Origin: Psychrobacter sp. HD31
Lineage (GTDB): Bacteria; Pseudomonadota; Gammaproteobacteria; Pseudomonadales; Moraxellaceae
NCBI RefSeq assembly: GCF_051097895.1
Contig: NZ_CP142525.1
Coordinates: forward strand, 1,710,001 to 1,742,000
Length of the DNA: 32,000 nt
Direction of reading: 5' to 3'
Notes under the pieces: generated by a model
The model's input: only the letters and a program-made list of their open reading frames with translations
Database searches by the model: none
Told to the model about the DNA's origin: nothing
In this document: piece by piece, positions 1-8,140 of the stretch
How the letters are laid out: each line of letters begins with the position of its first letter
How positions within the stretch are numbered: the stretch's first letter is position 1
Position numbers and translations under genes: made by a program

Positions 1-1
1 T

Positions 2-133
2 GGCAGAGGATTTGGATTGATTAGCTTAAAAGAAAGAGTCGCGATTTTGGATGGGCATCTTTTTATTACGTCGCAGTTAAATCAAGGTTGTAAAGTTAAA
101 ATATGGTTACCGATATCCTCAACGAGTCACTAA
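2..133 (+). CDS. Sensor histidine kinase, C-terminal fragment (5' end lies upstream of the window)
   Basis: Frame 2 reads GRGFGLISLKERVAILDGHLFITSQLNQGCKVKIWLPISSTSH-stop (TAA 131-133). GxGFGL..ER is the G2/ATP-lid end of HATPase_c as found in NarX/LiaS-type kinases, the class that partners NarL/FixJ regulators. Confidence 0.6.
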   Translation, partial: GRGFGLISLKERVAILDGHLFITSQLNQGCKVKIWLPISSTSH

Positions 134-152
134 GGACAACTGACTCGTTGAG
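118..152. terminator. 12-bp perfect inverted repeat between the convergent kinase and regulator genes (possible bidirectional terminator)
   Basis: CTCAACGAGTCA (118-129), an 11-nt loop, then TGACTCGTTGAG (141-152). The left arm overlaps the last kinase codons. There is no clear U-run on either side. Confidence 0.4.
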
Positions 153-163
153 ACATTGTATAA

Positions 164-793
164 TTATATGATCTGATTTTTTATGGCAAAGGTTACGGCT
201 TGCGTACGGTTTGATACACCAAGCTTTACAAAACAGTTGGCTAGATGAAAACATACCGTTCTTTCAGTGATGCCCAGTTGATGGGCAATTTGCTTATTTA
301 AGTCGCCATTAATAATACATTTAAGGATTTCCCGTTCACGGTTAGTAAGCTTAATATCTGTGGAATGATTTTGTAACTCGCTAACGGTTTCTATTAAGAA
401 CGGAGAAATAAACTGACCGCCAGAGTTTACCTCTTGAATGGCTTCTAGCAAATCTTCAAAGGCATTGTCTTTTACAACATAACCATTTAATCCCAGTTGT
501 AATAGTTGGTTTGCTCGATAGGCATCATTGAGCATGGTTAAAGCAATGACCTTGGTATCCATCTGATTATCTTCAATAAATAGAATGAGCTCATCAATAG
601 ACGTGCCTGGCATTGATAAATCTACTAATGCAACATCAGGTTGGAAGGTTTTTATTAATGACAAAGTATCTGAACCATTATTGGCACTGCCTTGCAGCTC
701 TGTCCATGGTAGTTTATCAAACAACACGCTTAGCCCATCTAAAAATATTTGATGGTCGTCTGCAACAATAAGCGTGATAAGAGAGTGACACAT
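164..793 (-). CDS. NarL/FixJ (LuxR-type HTH) family response regulator
   Basis: N-terminal receiver domain (LIVADDH, phospho-acceptor context VALVDLSMPG, conserved K in GYVVKD). C-terminal LuxR HTH (LTNREREILKCIINGDLNKQIAHQLGITERTVCFHLANCFVKLGV). Confidence 0.85.
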   Translation of the reverse strand: MCHSLITLIVADDHQIFLDGLSVLFDKLPWTELQGSANNGSDTLSLIKTFQPDVALVDLSMPGTSIDELILFIEDNQMDTKVIALTMLNDAYRANQLLQLGLNGYVVKDNAFEDLLEAIQEVNSGGQFISPFLIETVSELQNHSTDIKLTNREREILKCIINGDLNKQIAHQLGITERTVCFHLANCFVKLGVSNRTQAVTFAIKNQII

Positions 794-1062
794 TGCAAAG
801 ATACTTTTGGTTGTTATGGTTAATGTAACGCTAAAATCAATTTGCAGCGTTTAAGTGTTAGTTAAAGAAATTTAAAGTGGTATAGCAAGTTATTAATAAT
901 ACTGGAGATAATTAATTAATCTTAATCTCTTTTATCCTATCACATGCGTGAATAGCTTGTATAATTATCCCTTAAAATAATACGGCCGTTATTTAATAGT
1001 GGTTATTTAAGCAAAAGATACTCAAGAATTTTTTGATAAGATAGGCTTAGTGGTTCAAACTT

Positions 1063-1974
1063 TTAAGCCAATATGACCAAAACTGCCCCAATTACAATCA
1101 GCATTAGCCCTAGATAATCATTTCTACCAAGGTTTTCTTTAAACCACCATACCGAGATGGCAAGTGTAAAGAGTACCTCAATTTGCCCTAATGTTTTCAC
1201 CAAAGCCACACTTTGCAGGCTCATAGCGGTAAACCAACCAACAGAACCCAAGAAACTAAATAGGCTAACTAAAGCGGTTAGTTTTTTTCTTTTATATAAC
1301 ATTTTAAGTGTATGAGCATCAGTAATGGCTAAATAAGTTGTTAATAACAGGGTTTGTATAAATAAAACAAAAAATAACGTCCAACTGGCACTGATGACAA
1401 AGTTTTGTCCAAAGTCATGACGCAAGATGAGGGATGACTCACGAATAAATAAAGAACACAGGGCAAAAAACAGACCACTGGCTAATCCAATAGCAATTGT
1501 TTTTATAGAGAGTTGGCTGTCATTTTTGGATTGGGGATTATGGCTAAGGCTCATTAACCAAACAGCAATACCACCAATGATAACCCCCAGTAATGCGGTT
1601 GAAGATAAAGGTGCAGCAAAAAATATTGCCCCTAATGTTGCTGCAATTACGGCTTCACTTTTTGCAAGCCCAACGCCAATGGCATAGTTACGGGTTTTAA
1701 ATAGCATAACCATAAAGATAGTTGCCATAATTTGGGTAATGGCAGCAATAAAGATATAACTAAAAAATTTTGTTGAGAACTTGGGTATACTAGCAGAGGG
1801 ATAATACTGATATAGGCACCACAAGTAAATGACCGCGAGCGGCAAAGCAACAATAAAGCGGGCCAGAGTGACACCCGTGGTATTAACAGAGTGGCGTAGC
1901 TCTTTTTGCAGTGCATTCCTCCATGACTGCATAAAAGCTGCCATAATAGTAAATGGTATCCATAAAAGGCTCAT
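1063..1974 (-). CDS. EamA/DMT-superfamily transporter
   Basis: 303 aa and almost entirely hydrophobic, with about 10 predicted membrane spans in two similar halves. Size and pattern are typical of EamA-domain permeases. Confidence 0.7.
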   Translation of the reverse strand: MSLLWIPFTIMAAFMQSWRNALQKELRHSVNTTGVTLARFIVALPLAVIYLWCLYQYYPSASIPKFSTKFFSYIFIAAITQIMATIFMVMLFKTRNYAIGVGLAKSEAVIAATLGAIFFAAPLSSTALLGVIIGGIAVWLMSLSHNPQSKNDSQLSIKTIAIGLASGLFFALCSLFIRESSLILRHDFGQNFVISASWTLFFVLFIQTLLLTTYLAITDAHTLKMLYKRKKLTALVSLFSFLGSVGWFTAMSLQSVALVKTLGQIEVLFTLAISVWWFKENLGRNDYLGLMLIVIGAVLVILA

Positions 1975-2111
1975 TGTGTTAATCCAGCGTTGTGATTGGT
2001 CTATTTATGGTACTACGGGCAAAATTATAAAAAAAGTTAATATATTTGATTTTACCCATAACTTAAATTAATATTTCTTTTTTACATGACCTGATATTAA
2101 GCACTTGATAT

Positions 2112-3032
2112 ATGCACATTCTAAAATTAGTTAGTAAGCACAGCACCATTTTAATGCCTGTCGCGAGTATTATTGGTTTGCTCTTCCCCAATATATCTAA
2201 CGCAATATTACCTTGGTTACCGCAAATATTGTTTTTTTTAATGTTCTTTACTTTGCTGGGCATCGCTCAGTCAAGCTTATTGGCGACGCTTAGCAAAAAA
2301 GCAGTTTGGCGATTTGCATTTTTACAAAATATTTTAATTACGACCATTGTAATAGGGCTGGGCTATGTTTTTGGCATAGAGTCTAATTTATTATTAGCCC
2401 TAGCAGCGGTTGGGGCAACAGCGCCGCTATTTGGTAGTGGTGCGATTGTTAATGCCATGGGGTTTGATGCCTTATTGGCAATGGCAAAAACGATTGCTGC
2501 CACGTTAATTATGCCGTTAACGTTATTTATTGTGTTAACTGTATTGGCAGAAGAAGGTGCGTATTTAGATATTGCCGAATATGGTAAACGGCTGCTAATT
2601 TATATTATTACGCCAATGTTGTTATCTATTGTTGTAAAAAAGCTGTTACCGGATTATTTATTACGTAAATATTATCCAAAAATTGCTCAGTTTAATGTGC
2701 TATTGGTGCTGGCTTTCCCGTTAGGGTTAATGGGAGGATTTAGACAAACCTTTGATAATAGCCCTACACAGGCAATACAGTTGTTATTAATGGCACTATT
2801 GTTAGTGATGTTTATTTTTGCATTAACCTATTTATTACACCGCCATCAAGGCAAACAAATGGCAGTGATTGCAGCAACGGTGAGCAGTGGTCGTAATGTA
2901 TTATTGACTTATACTATTGCCATGCCATTTTTAGGCACCTTGTTTTTACCACTTATTGGTGCGTTACAACTGCCTATGTTTTTTACGCCATTTTTTGCTA
3001 AAAAGTTATTAAATAATCAAAATAAGTCGTAA
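2112..3032 (+). CDS. Polytopic membrane transporter-like protein (SBF/BASS- or AEC-like fold suspected; family not resolved)
   Basis: 306 aa ORF with multiple hydrophobic helices, glycine-rich loops (APLFGSGAIVNAMG, SSGRNVLLTYT), an ATG start and a basic C-terminal tail. It lies divergent to the EamA gene. Confidence 0.55.
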   Translation: MHILKLVSKHSTILMPVASIIGLLFPNISNAILPWLPQILFFLMFFTLLGIAQSSLLATLSKKAVWRFAFLQNILITTIVIGLGYVFGIESNLLLALAAVGATAPLFGSGAIVNAMGFDALLAMAKTIAATLIMPLTLFIVLTVLAEEGAYLDIAEYGKRLLIYIITPMLLSIVVKKLLPDYLLRKYYPKIAQFNVLLVLAFPLGLMGGFRQTFDNSPTQAIQLLLMALLLVMFIFALTYLLHRHQGKQMAVIAATVSSGRNVLLTYTIAMPFLGTLFLPLIGALQLPMFFTPFFAKKLLNNQNKS

Positions 3033-3084
3033 TGGTTTACGGTATCTAAAAAGCTTTATGCAAGGCTGTTTTTGTTGCTAACTT

Positions 3085-3900
3085 TTATGCTGGTGGTGCT
3101 TTTTCAAACACGAGGCTGACTGCATTTAAATGATGACGATGTTTACGAAATACTTTACGCATGGCAAGTATTCGTTGACGTTCCTTAGCGTGAGTTAATA
3201 TATTAAACCCTATTTTTAATGTACCAAACAGACCTTCATCTGCTATTAATCGTTTGGGTTCTAATAATGCCATTGTATTAGTTGCCGTTGCTTTTGTTGT
3301 AAAACCTTGTTGCTCAGCCAATTTTGACCATTCAGTAACTGTCAGCGGTCGGGCATTCACCTTAATGACTTTAGAAAGGTCTTTTTGAATTTGCTGCTTT
3401 AGCTTATCTGAAATATCCTTTGGCTGTAAGCCTAATTCATGAATACCATATAGCCCACCAACTTTTAATATTCGATGGGCTTCTTTAATAATTGCTATTT
3501 TTTGCTGGTCGGATTGCATGGTTAACATTGCCTCGCCATAAACTTTGTCATAAGTGGCATTGGCCAAAGCGGTGTTAGAGGCATTGGCAGTAATAATATT
3601 GCAGTGATTAGTAAAGTTGCTACTTTGTTTAATATTTTGCAAGGCAATTTTACTCGCCTCTGGATTTAACTCAACCCCTGTATAGCTGCTTGGCTTTTTA
3701 TCCAGGGTCATTTTTGCGGTTAAGCCAAGCCCAGGGGCAAATTCAACCACATGATCATTGCTGCTGATTGAAAGGTTACTAAGCATTTTTTTTGTTAGAT
3801 CTTTACCACCAGGGCGTAGTACTTTTTTACCCATTTTAGCAAGTAACCAATGCCCTTGGGCGTGATTTGATTTTTTGTTAACTTTACTGTTTGTTGTCAT
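3085..3900 (-). CDS. Class I SAM-dependent methyltransferase
   Basis: Motif I VVEFAPGLGLTA, then the acidic motif II region YTGVELN and post-I/III elements (LKVGGLYGIHEL). The preferred start is ATG 3900, with GGAG 7 nt upstream. It overlaps the tehB stop by 17 nt. The track start at 3903 is a GTG. Confidence 0.8.
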   Translation of the reverse strand: MTTNSKVNKKSNHAQGHWLLAKMGKKVLRPGGKDLTKKMLSNLSISSNDHVVEFAPGLGLTAKMTLDKKPSSYTGVELNPEASKIALQNIKQSSNFTNHCNIITANASNTALANATYDKVYGEAMLTMQSDQQKIAIIKEAHRILKVGGLYGIHELGLQPKDISDKLKQQIQKDLSKVIKVNARPLTVTEWSKLAEQQGFTTKATATNTMALLEPKRLIADEGLFGTLKIGFNILTHAKERQRILAMRKVFRKHRHHLNAVSLVFEKAPPA

Positions 3901-4828
3901 CACCTGCTCCTAGATTTTTTGCAATAATAGTCGCAAAGCGCAATGCAATCGGATTACCATTTGCATCTAAACGATGTAAATATCCAACATTCTCATTATA
4001 TTTTTTGATGTGCCAATGCTGATAATAAGTCGACAGTTCATTACTTTTTAAACCAAACTTAAAGGGCAATAAACCTTGGTAATTGGATAAAGGATAGTCG
4101 TTGGTATCCATGGCACAAACGATGACATTGTAGCCACCCGCCTGAGTATGACTTTGCATGGCGGCAATTACTTCTGCTATTTTGTCTTCGTCAATAAACA
4201 TCAAAACAACCGTGGCAACTACAAGATTATATTTTTTAAGCTGTAATTCATTTCTCTCGCCAGTATTATGCAGGTTGGCAATATGTGCTTGAATATCGGC
4301 TAAGTCTTCTTGTTCAATAATGTGATTTAGCTTGTTAATGGCATTTTCGTTTTTATCAAATGCAGTGACATTAAAGCCATTTTGTTGAAGATAAAGCGCA
4401 TTACGTCCGCCACCACAGCCCAAATCAAGGGCAGATAAACCTGAAAATGATGTGTTGGGGTTGTTTTCAGACTGCATAATCTGTAAAGTTTCAATGACTT
4501 CAGAATGGGTGGTCGAAAGATTGTATTTTTCTTGATAAAAGCTATCAGGCTGGCAATAAAAAGCTAACTGACAACGTAAGTCATCTGTTAAGGGTTCAAC
4601 CTTATGCCATGCCTGTGGCTTAACAAAAGGGATGTTACTTTTTTTATCAAAAATAAAAATATCCGTAATTTTGCCCGCTTCATCCATCGCATAATACTTA
4701 AGCTTACCTGAAAAAATGGTTAATTTTGCCCAAGTCCCAACTTTGGTGTTGTGTTTTTTGCGGAATGCGGTAGGTAAGCTATTTATATCCCATTCTGGCA
4801 TGGTTTTGTAGCAAATTAAATCATGCAT
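3884..4828 (-). CDS. tehB: Tellurite-resistance methyltransferase TehB, long form with N-terminal DUF1971-like domain
   Basis: From MHDLICYKTMPEWDINSLP..HNTKVGTWAKLTIFSGKLKYY..PQAWHKVEPLTDDL it is colinear with the remembered Haemophilus influenzae TehB N-domain. This is followed by the methyltransferase core LDLGCGGGRNALYL...VATVVLMF...GGYNVIV. The start at 4828 aligns with the H. influenzae start. The track start at 4864 has no RBS. Confidence 0.85.
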   Translation of the reverse strand: MHDLICYKTMPEWDINSLPTAFRKKHNTKVGTWAKLTIFSGKLKYYAMDEAGKITDIFIFDKKSNIPFVKPQAWHKVEPLTDDLRCQLAFYCQPDSFYQEKYNLSTTHSEVIETLQIMQSENNPNTSFSGLSALDLGCGGGRNALYLQQNGFNVTAFDKNENAINKLNHIIEQEDLADIQAHIANLHNTGERNELQLKKYNLVVATVVLMFIDEDKIAEVIAAMQSHTQAGGYNVIVCAMDTNDYPLSNYQGLLPFKFGLKSNELSTYYQHWHIKKYNENVGYLHRLDANGNPIALRFATIIAKNLGAGDDNKQ

Positions 4829-4946
4829 GCTCTTTTGCCTATTGTTGAGTTTATCGTTGCACATATTTTGTATCTGTCATATTAAAAAACAGTATCAAAA
4901 TTAAGCGCAGCAACTAGGGTGACTGTTAAATGAGCCATCCTATATT

Positions 4947-5774
4947 TTAATTTACAAGCTCAAATTCAATATAGGTTTGTTCATCATGTTTGCTTTTATA
5001 AGCTTTTTCCATATCTGTATAATGTTTTAAAGATAAAGATACGTTTTTATTTGTTTCATCTGTTTTATCTGCTATGTCTTCATAAAACATAACCAGATAG
5101 TCATCTTTAAATTGTCCTACCCAGCGTCTCTCACCAAAGTGGTGGGTTAGTTTTTGATAAGTTTTATCCGATAAAATAATGTGACTGTCACTAATAGTAA
5201 TGTTTTGTGTAGCTTCTGTGCCTTGGTTTTGTTTGCTAACAAAGTTTCCTGCTAAAGGTAGAATATCTTGAGGTTCGGTTGTGTCTTTTTTGCTATAGAT
5301 ATTCCAACCGTGGTCAGCGGTTGCATTATCGTCTGGGTAGGCAAAGTCTAACGCTTCTTTGATGCCTTCATCACCTTTGCTAGCACATTTATGTTTATAA
5401 ATGGTTATCTGTTTGTTTGCATTTTGCGTTACTTTAAAAAACAATACATAAACAACATCATCATCTGCCTTACCAATCCATTTTTTTTTCGTACTATCAT
5501 AAGATACTTTATGCATACGGTAGTTTGTGCTATGCGCTTTACCACGCATGCGATAATCAATAAAGTCGTTAGCAAAAACATGAATAGAGGTTTGCTTGAT
5601 TGGACCTAAATAAAACGTCCAAATGTATTCACCGGTTAAATCAAAGTTATCATTTTTTATGTGAAAGGTATTGGTAGATTTTACGACCGACTGTTTGGTT
5701 TGTTTTTTGATTTTTTTGGTCTTAAAAAAATAATAAGTACTCACTGAGGCGGCCAATAGTAATAACTTCTTCAT
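4947..5774 (-). CDS. Hypothetical membrane-anchored or exported protein with a weak two-fold internal repeat
   Basis: N-terminal hydrophobic segment MKKLLLLAASVSTYYFF followed by a lysine-rich stretch. GAGGA lies upstream of the ATG. No recognised catalytic motif. The two halves share [KR][KR]W[IV]G..DD.[LV]V.F...KH. Confidence 0.6.
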   Translation of the reverse strand: MKKLLLLAASVSTYYFFKTKKIKKQTKQSVVKSTNTFHIKNDNFDLTGEYIWTFYLGPIKQTSIHVFANDFIDYRMRGKAHSTNYRMHKVSYDSTKKKWIGKADDDVVYVLFFKVTQNANKQITIYKHKCASKGDEGIKEALDFAYPDDNATADHGWNIYSKKDTTEPQDILPLAGNFVSKQNQGTEATQNITISDSHIILSDKTYQKLTHHFGERRWVGQFKDDYLVMFYEDIADKTDETNKNVSLSLKHYTDMEKAYKSKHDEQTYIEFELVN

Positions 5775-5863
5775 TAATTTTTCCTCATAATTTTTTATTA
5801 ATATACTTTAACTGGATAGCTCGACAGTTAAAACATGTATAACGCCTTCTTTATGTTTAAACT

Positions 5864-7417
5864 TTAGTATAAATCTTGATGATAACGTTGCTCTTTCACT
5901 AAATCCTCTATAAACGTTTTCGCTTCATCATCATTTAAATCACCATGCTTTTTAGCAATCATCATCAGCGCATTATCAATGGGTTTGCTTAAGTTTGTTT
6001 TACTGCCACAAACATATATTTCTGCCTTATTTTCAAGTAACCTCCAAACAACCGCTCCTTGTTGCAGTAAAGTATCTTGTACGTAGATTTTTTCTACCTG
6101 ATCACGAGAGAAGGCGGTATAAAGCGCAGTTAATCGTCCATCTTCAACACATTTTTTCAGTTCTGTTTGATACAAAAAGTCTTTATCATGATGGCGTTCA
6201 CCAAAAAACAGGTGAGTTTCGCCCAATCTTTTTTGTGCTAAAAAACCTAAATAAGGCGCAATACCAGTGCCAGCACCAATCATAATAATAGGGGTAGAAC
6301 TTTTGTTTGGTAAATGAAAATGTGCATTAGAACGTACATAAACTTTAGCGGTTACTTCTGACTGTGTATTATCCAGTGCATGACACAAAAAATAACTGCC
6401 ACTACCAAAATAGTCATAGCCTTCACGTTGATACTGAACTTCTCGCACACACAAACGAACCCTATTGGGAGATTGTTTGCCGCACGAGGCGATGGAGTAT
6501 GCTCTGGGCAATTGGGTAGACAAGATATCGAGTAGTGCCTCAAAAGGCATATTTTCAGGTGTGCAATAGTCAGTTAGCAAATCGGCAACATCACGCCCAT
6601 AGCTGTAATCTGCTAATGTTTTGGCAGCACTCATTTTGGTTAAGGCTTTTAGCGCTTTGTTTTTTGTATGTTTGGCAACGGCACGTATTAAGGGTTTGTT
6701 TAGTTGCCGAAGTTCTTTTTCACTTAATAATAATTTTTGCGTATCGCTTAGGTCTTTATAAAAGGTGTTAATACGAGTAATGCTATTTTTATTAGCAGGT
6801 GGCATTAAATATAATAAATCGCCTGCTTGATAGTTCATACCACTGCCTGCAATATTTATATGAATATCATAAACAGGGAACTCGCTTTGGTTAATACGTT
6901 TTACCGTTTCAATAGGGGCAATATAGTTTTGTTGTTCATTGTAGGCTTTAACCTGTAAGTCAAGCTGTTTCAGTGCGCTGCTATCGCCCTCAAAATACAA
7001 AGTGAGGGCATTTGACCATTGCTCAAAAAAATCTTGATAGCAAGTATCAGCATCAACACGCTTACCAATAGAGGTTGCTTTAAGCTGCTGTAACTTTTCA
7101 TCAATATCAATGGTAAATCCGCAAAATTTGGGGTAGGAGACATCCCCTAGACCAAAAATTGCAAATTGACAATCAATTTGACCGTCATAGTCATAAATGG
7201 TGTCAAAAAATTTACTGGCATTACCAGGGGGTTCGCCATCACCAAAACTACTGCTGATAATGAGCAAGATATCTTGTGAGGTTAGCTCTGTGATAACTAT
7301 ATCGTTTAATGGAGATAAAACAGGTTGGTAAGCTAACAGCTTGTCTTTTAATTGCAGTGCAATGTTTTTTGCATTGCCTGATTCTGAGCCGTAAGCGATA
7401 TGAATAGAATGAGACAT
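5864..7417 (-). CDS. CysJ-like diflavin reductase (flavodoxin domain fused to an FAD/NAD(P)H ferredoxin-reductase-type domain)
   Basis: FMN module IHIAYGSESGNA...SSSFGDGEPPGNA...FAIFGLGD. FAD motif RAYSIASC. NAD(P)H motif MIGAGTGIAPYLGF...YVCGS and a C-terminal aromatic tail (HQDLY). At 517 aa it is shorter than E. coli CysJ. Confidence 0.85.
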   Translation of the reverse strand: MSHSIHIAYGSESGNAKNIALQLKDKLLAYQPVLSPLNDIVITELTSQDILLIISSSFGDGEPPGNASKFFDTIYDYDGQIDCQFAIFGLGDVSYPKFCGFTIDIDEKLQQLKATSIGKRVDADTCYQDFFEQWSNALTLYFEGDSSALKQLDLQVKAYNEQQNYIAPIETVKRINQSEFPVYDIHINIAGSGMNYQAGDLLYLMPPANKNSITRINTFYKDLSDTQKLLLSEKELRQLNKPLIRAVAKHTKNKALKALTKMSAAKTLADYSYGRDVADLLTDYCTPENMPFEALLDILSTQLPRAYSIASCGKQSPNRVRLCVREVQYQREGYDYFGSGSYFLCHALDNTQSEVTAKVYVRSNAHFHLPNKSSTPIIMIGAGTGIAPYLGFLAQKRLGETHLFFGERHHDKDFLYQTELKKCVEDGRLTALYTAFSRDQVEKIYVQDTLLQQGAVVWRLLENKAEIYVCGSKTNLSKPIDNALMMIAKKHGDLNDDEAKTFIEDLVKEQRYHQDLY

Positions 7418-7499
7418 GAGTCGTTTGCCTGTGAAGCGTTATAAAACGAGGGTAGGGGCTGCTAAGTTAGCAGACCCTGAGATACATAATAATTAAAGT

Positions 7500-7916
7500 T
7501 TAGTCGTAATATTCATCAAACTGCTCTTTGGCAAATTCAATACTGTCATAGTCGCCCATTAAGTCATTAATAACACGGCGAACACTGATGTATTCAACAA
7601 TTTCACCCGCTTCATTTTTTATTGGCTGAACTGTCGTATCAACTACATATAAAACACCGCCTTTGCCACAGTTGGGTACAACCCCTGTCCAAATCTCACC
7701 TGCTTGGATGGTGTCCCACATATCTTTATAGACTTCTTTTGCAATAGCAGGGTGACGGACGATATTGTGAGGTTGACCAACCAACTCTTCACGAGTAAAT
7801 CCAGTTAATGTACAAAATAAGTCATTTACATAAGTAATAACGCCTTGTAAATCGGTTTTAGATACCACAAATGCGTCTTTGACTGCTTTTAGTACTTCGT
7901 TGTCGATATTTTCCAT
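7500..7916 (-). CDS. Stand-alone Aer-type PAS domain protein (no transmembrane, HAMP or output domain)
   Basis: SKTDLQGVITYVNDLFCTLTGFTREELVGQPHNIVRHPAIAKEVYKDMWDTIQAGEIWTGVV is colinear with the remembered FAD-binding PAS of E. coli Aer (TTDLQSYITHANDTF..GQPHNMVRHPDMPKAAFADMW..GEPWSGIV). The start is set at ATG 7916, with AAGGAG (7923-7928) 6 nt upstream. The track start at 7949 is a TTG. Confidence 0.8.
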   Translation of the reverse strand: MENIDNEVLKAVKDAFVVSKTDLQGVITYVNDLFCTLTGFTREELVGQPHNIVRHPAIAKEVYKDMWDTIQAGEIWTGVVPNCGKGGVLYVVDTTVQPIKNEAGEIVEYISVRRVINDLMGDYDSIEFAKEQFDEYYD

Positions 7917-7996
7917 GACTTGCTCCTTATGGGCTTGGGTTGAGTCCAAAGCAATAGTTGCTATGGTTTTAAAAGTAAAAACTTAATCTAGTGTTT

Positions 7997-8021
7997 AAAC
8001 ATACATTTAAAATGTATGTTT
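7997..8021. promoter_or_regulatory. Putative NsrR operator: perfect 12-1-12 palindrome in the divergent PAS/nsrR promoter region
   Basis: AAACATACATTT-A-AAATGTATGTTT. The inner 11-1-11 half-site AACATACATTT matches the E. coli NsrR half-site AANATGCATTT at 10 of 11 positions. A degenerate second copy (ATACATTTTAAATAT) follows at 8026-8040. Confidence 0.6.
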
Positions 8022-8140
8022 AATTATACATTTTAAATATGGGTTTGCAATAAAAGTTTTTGTTTTCTTTGCAGAAAGCAACTAACTGCTTGTTAATGAA
8101 AATAAAAAGAAATAAAATAAAAGGGTAATAAGGCGAGAAT

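Noticed and set aside
7455-7477. Hairpin between the PAS gene and the reductase gene as a terminator
   Set aside because: The stem has an internal mismatch, the short U-run lies 7 nt away, and the loop is constrained. This is not enough to argue against co-transcription.
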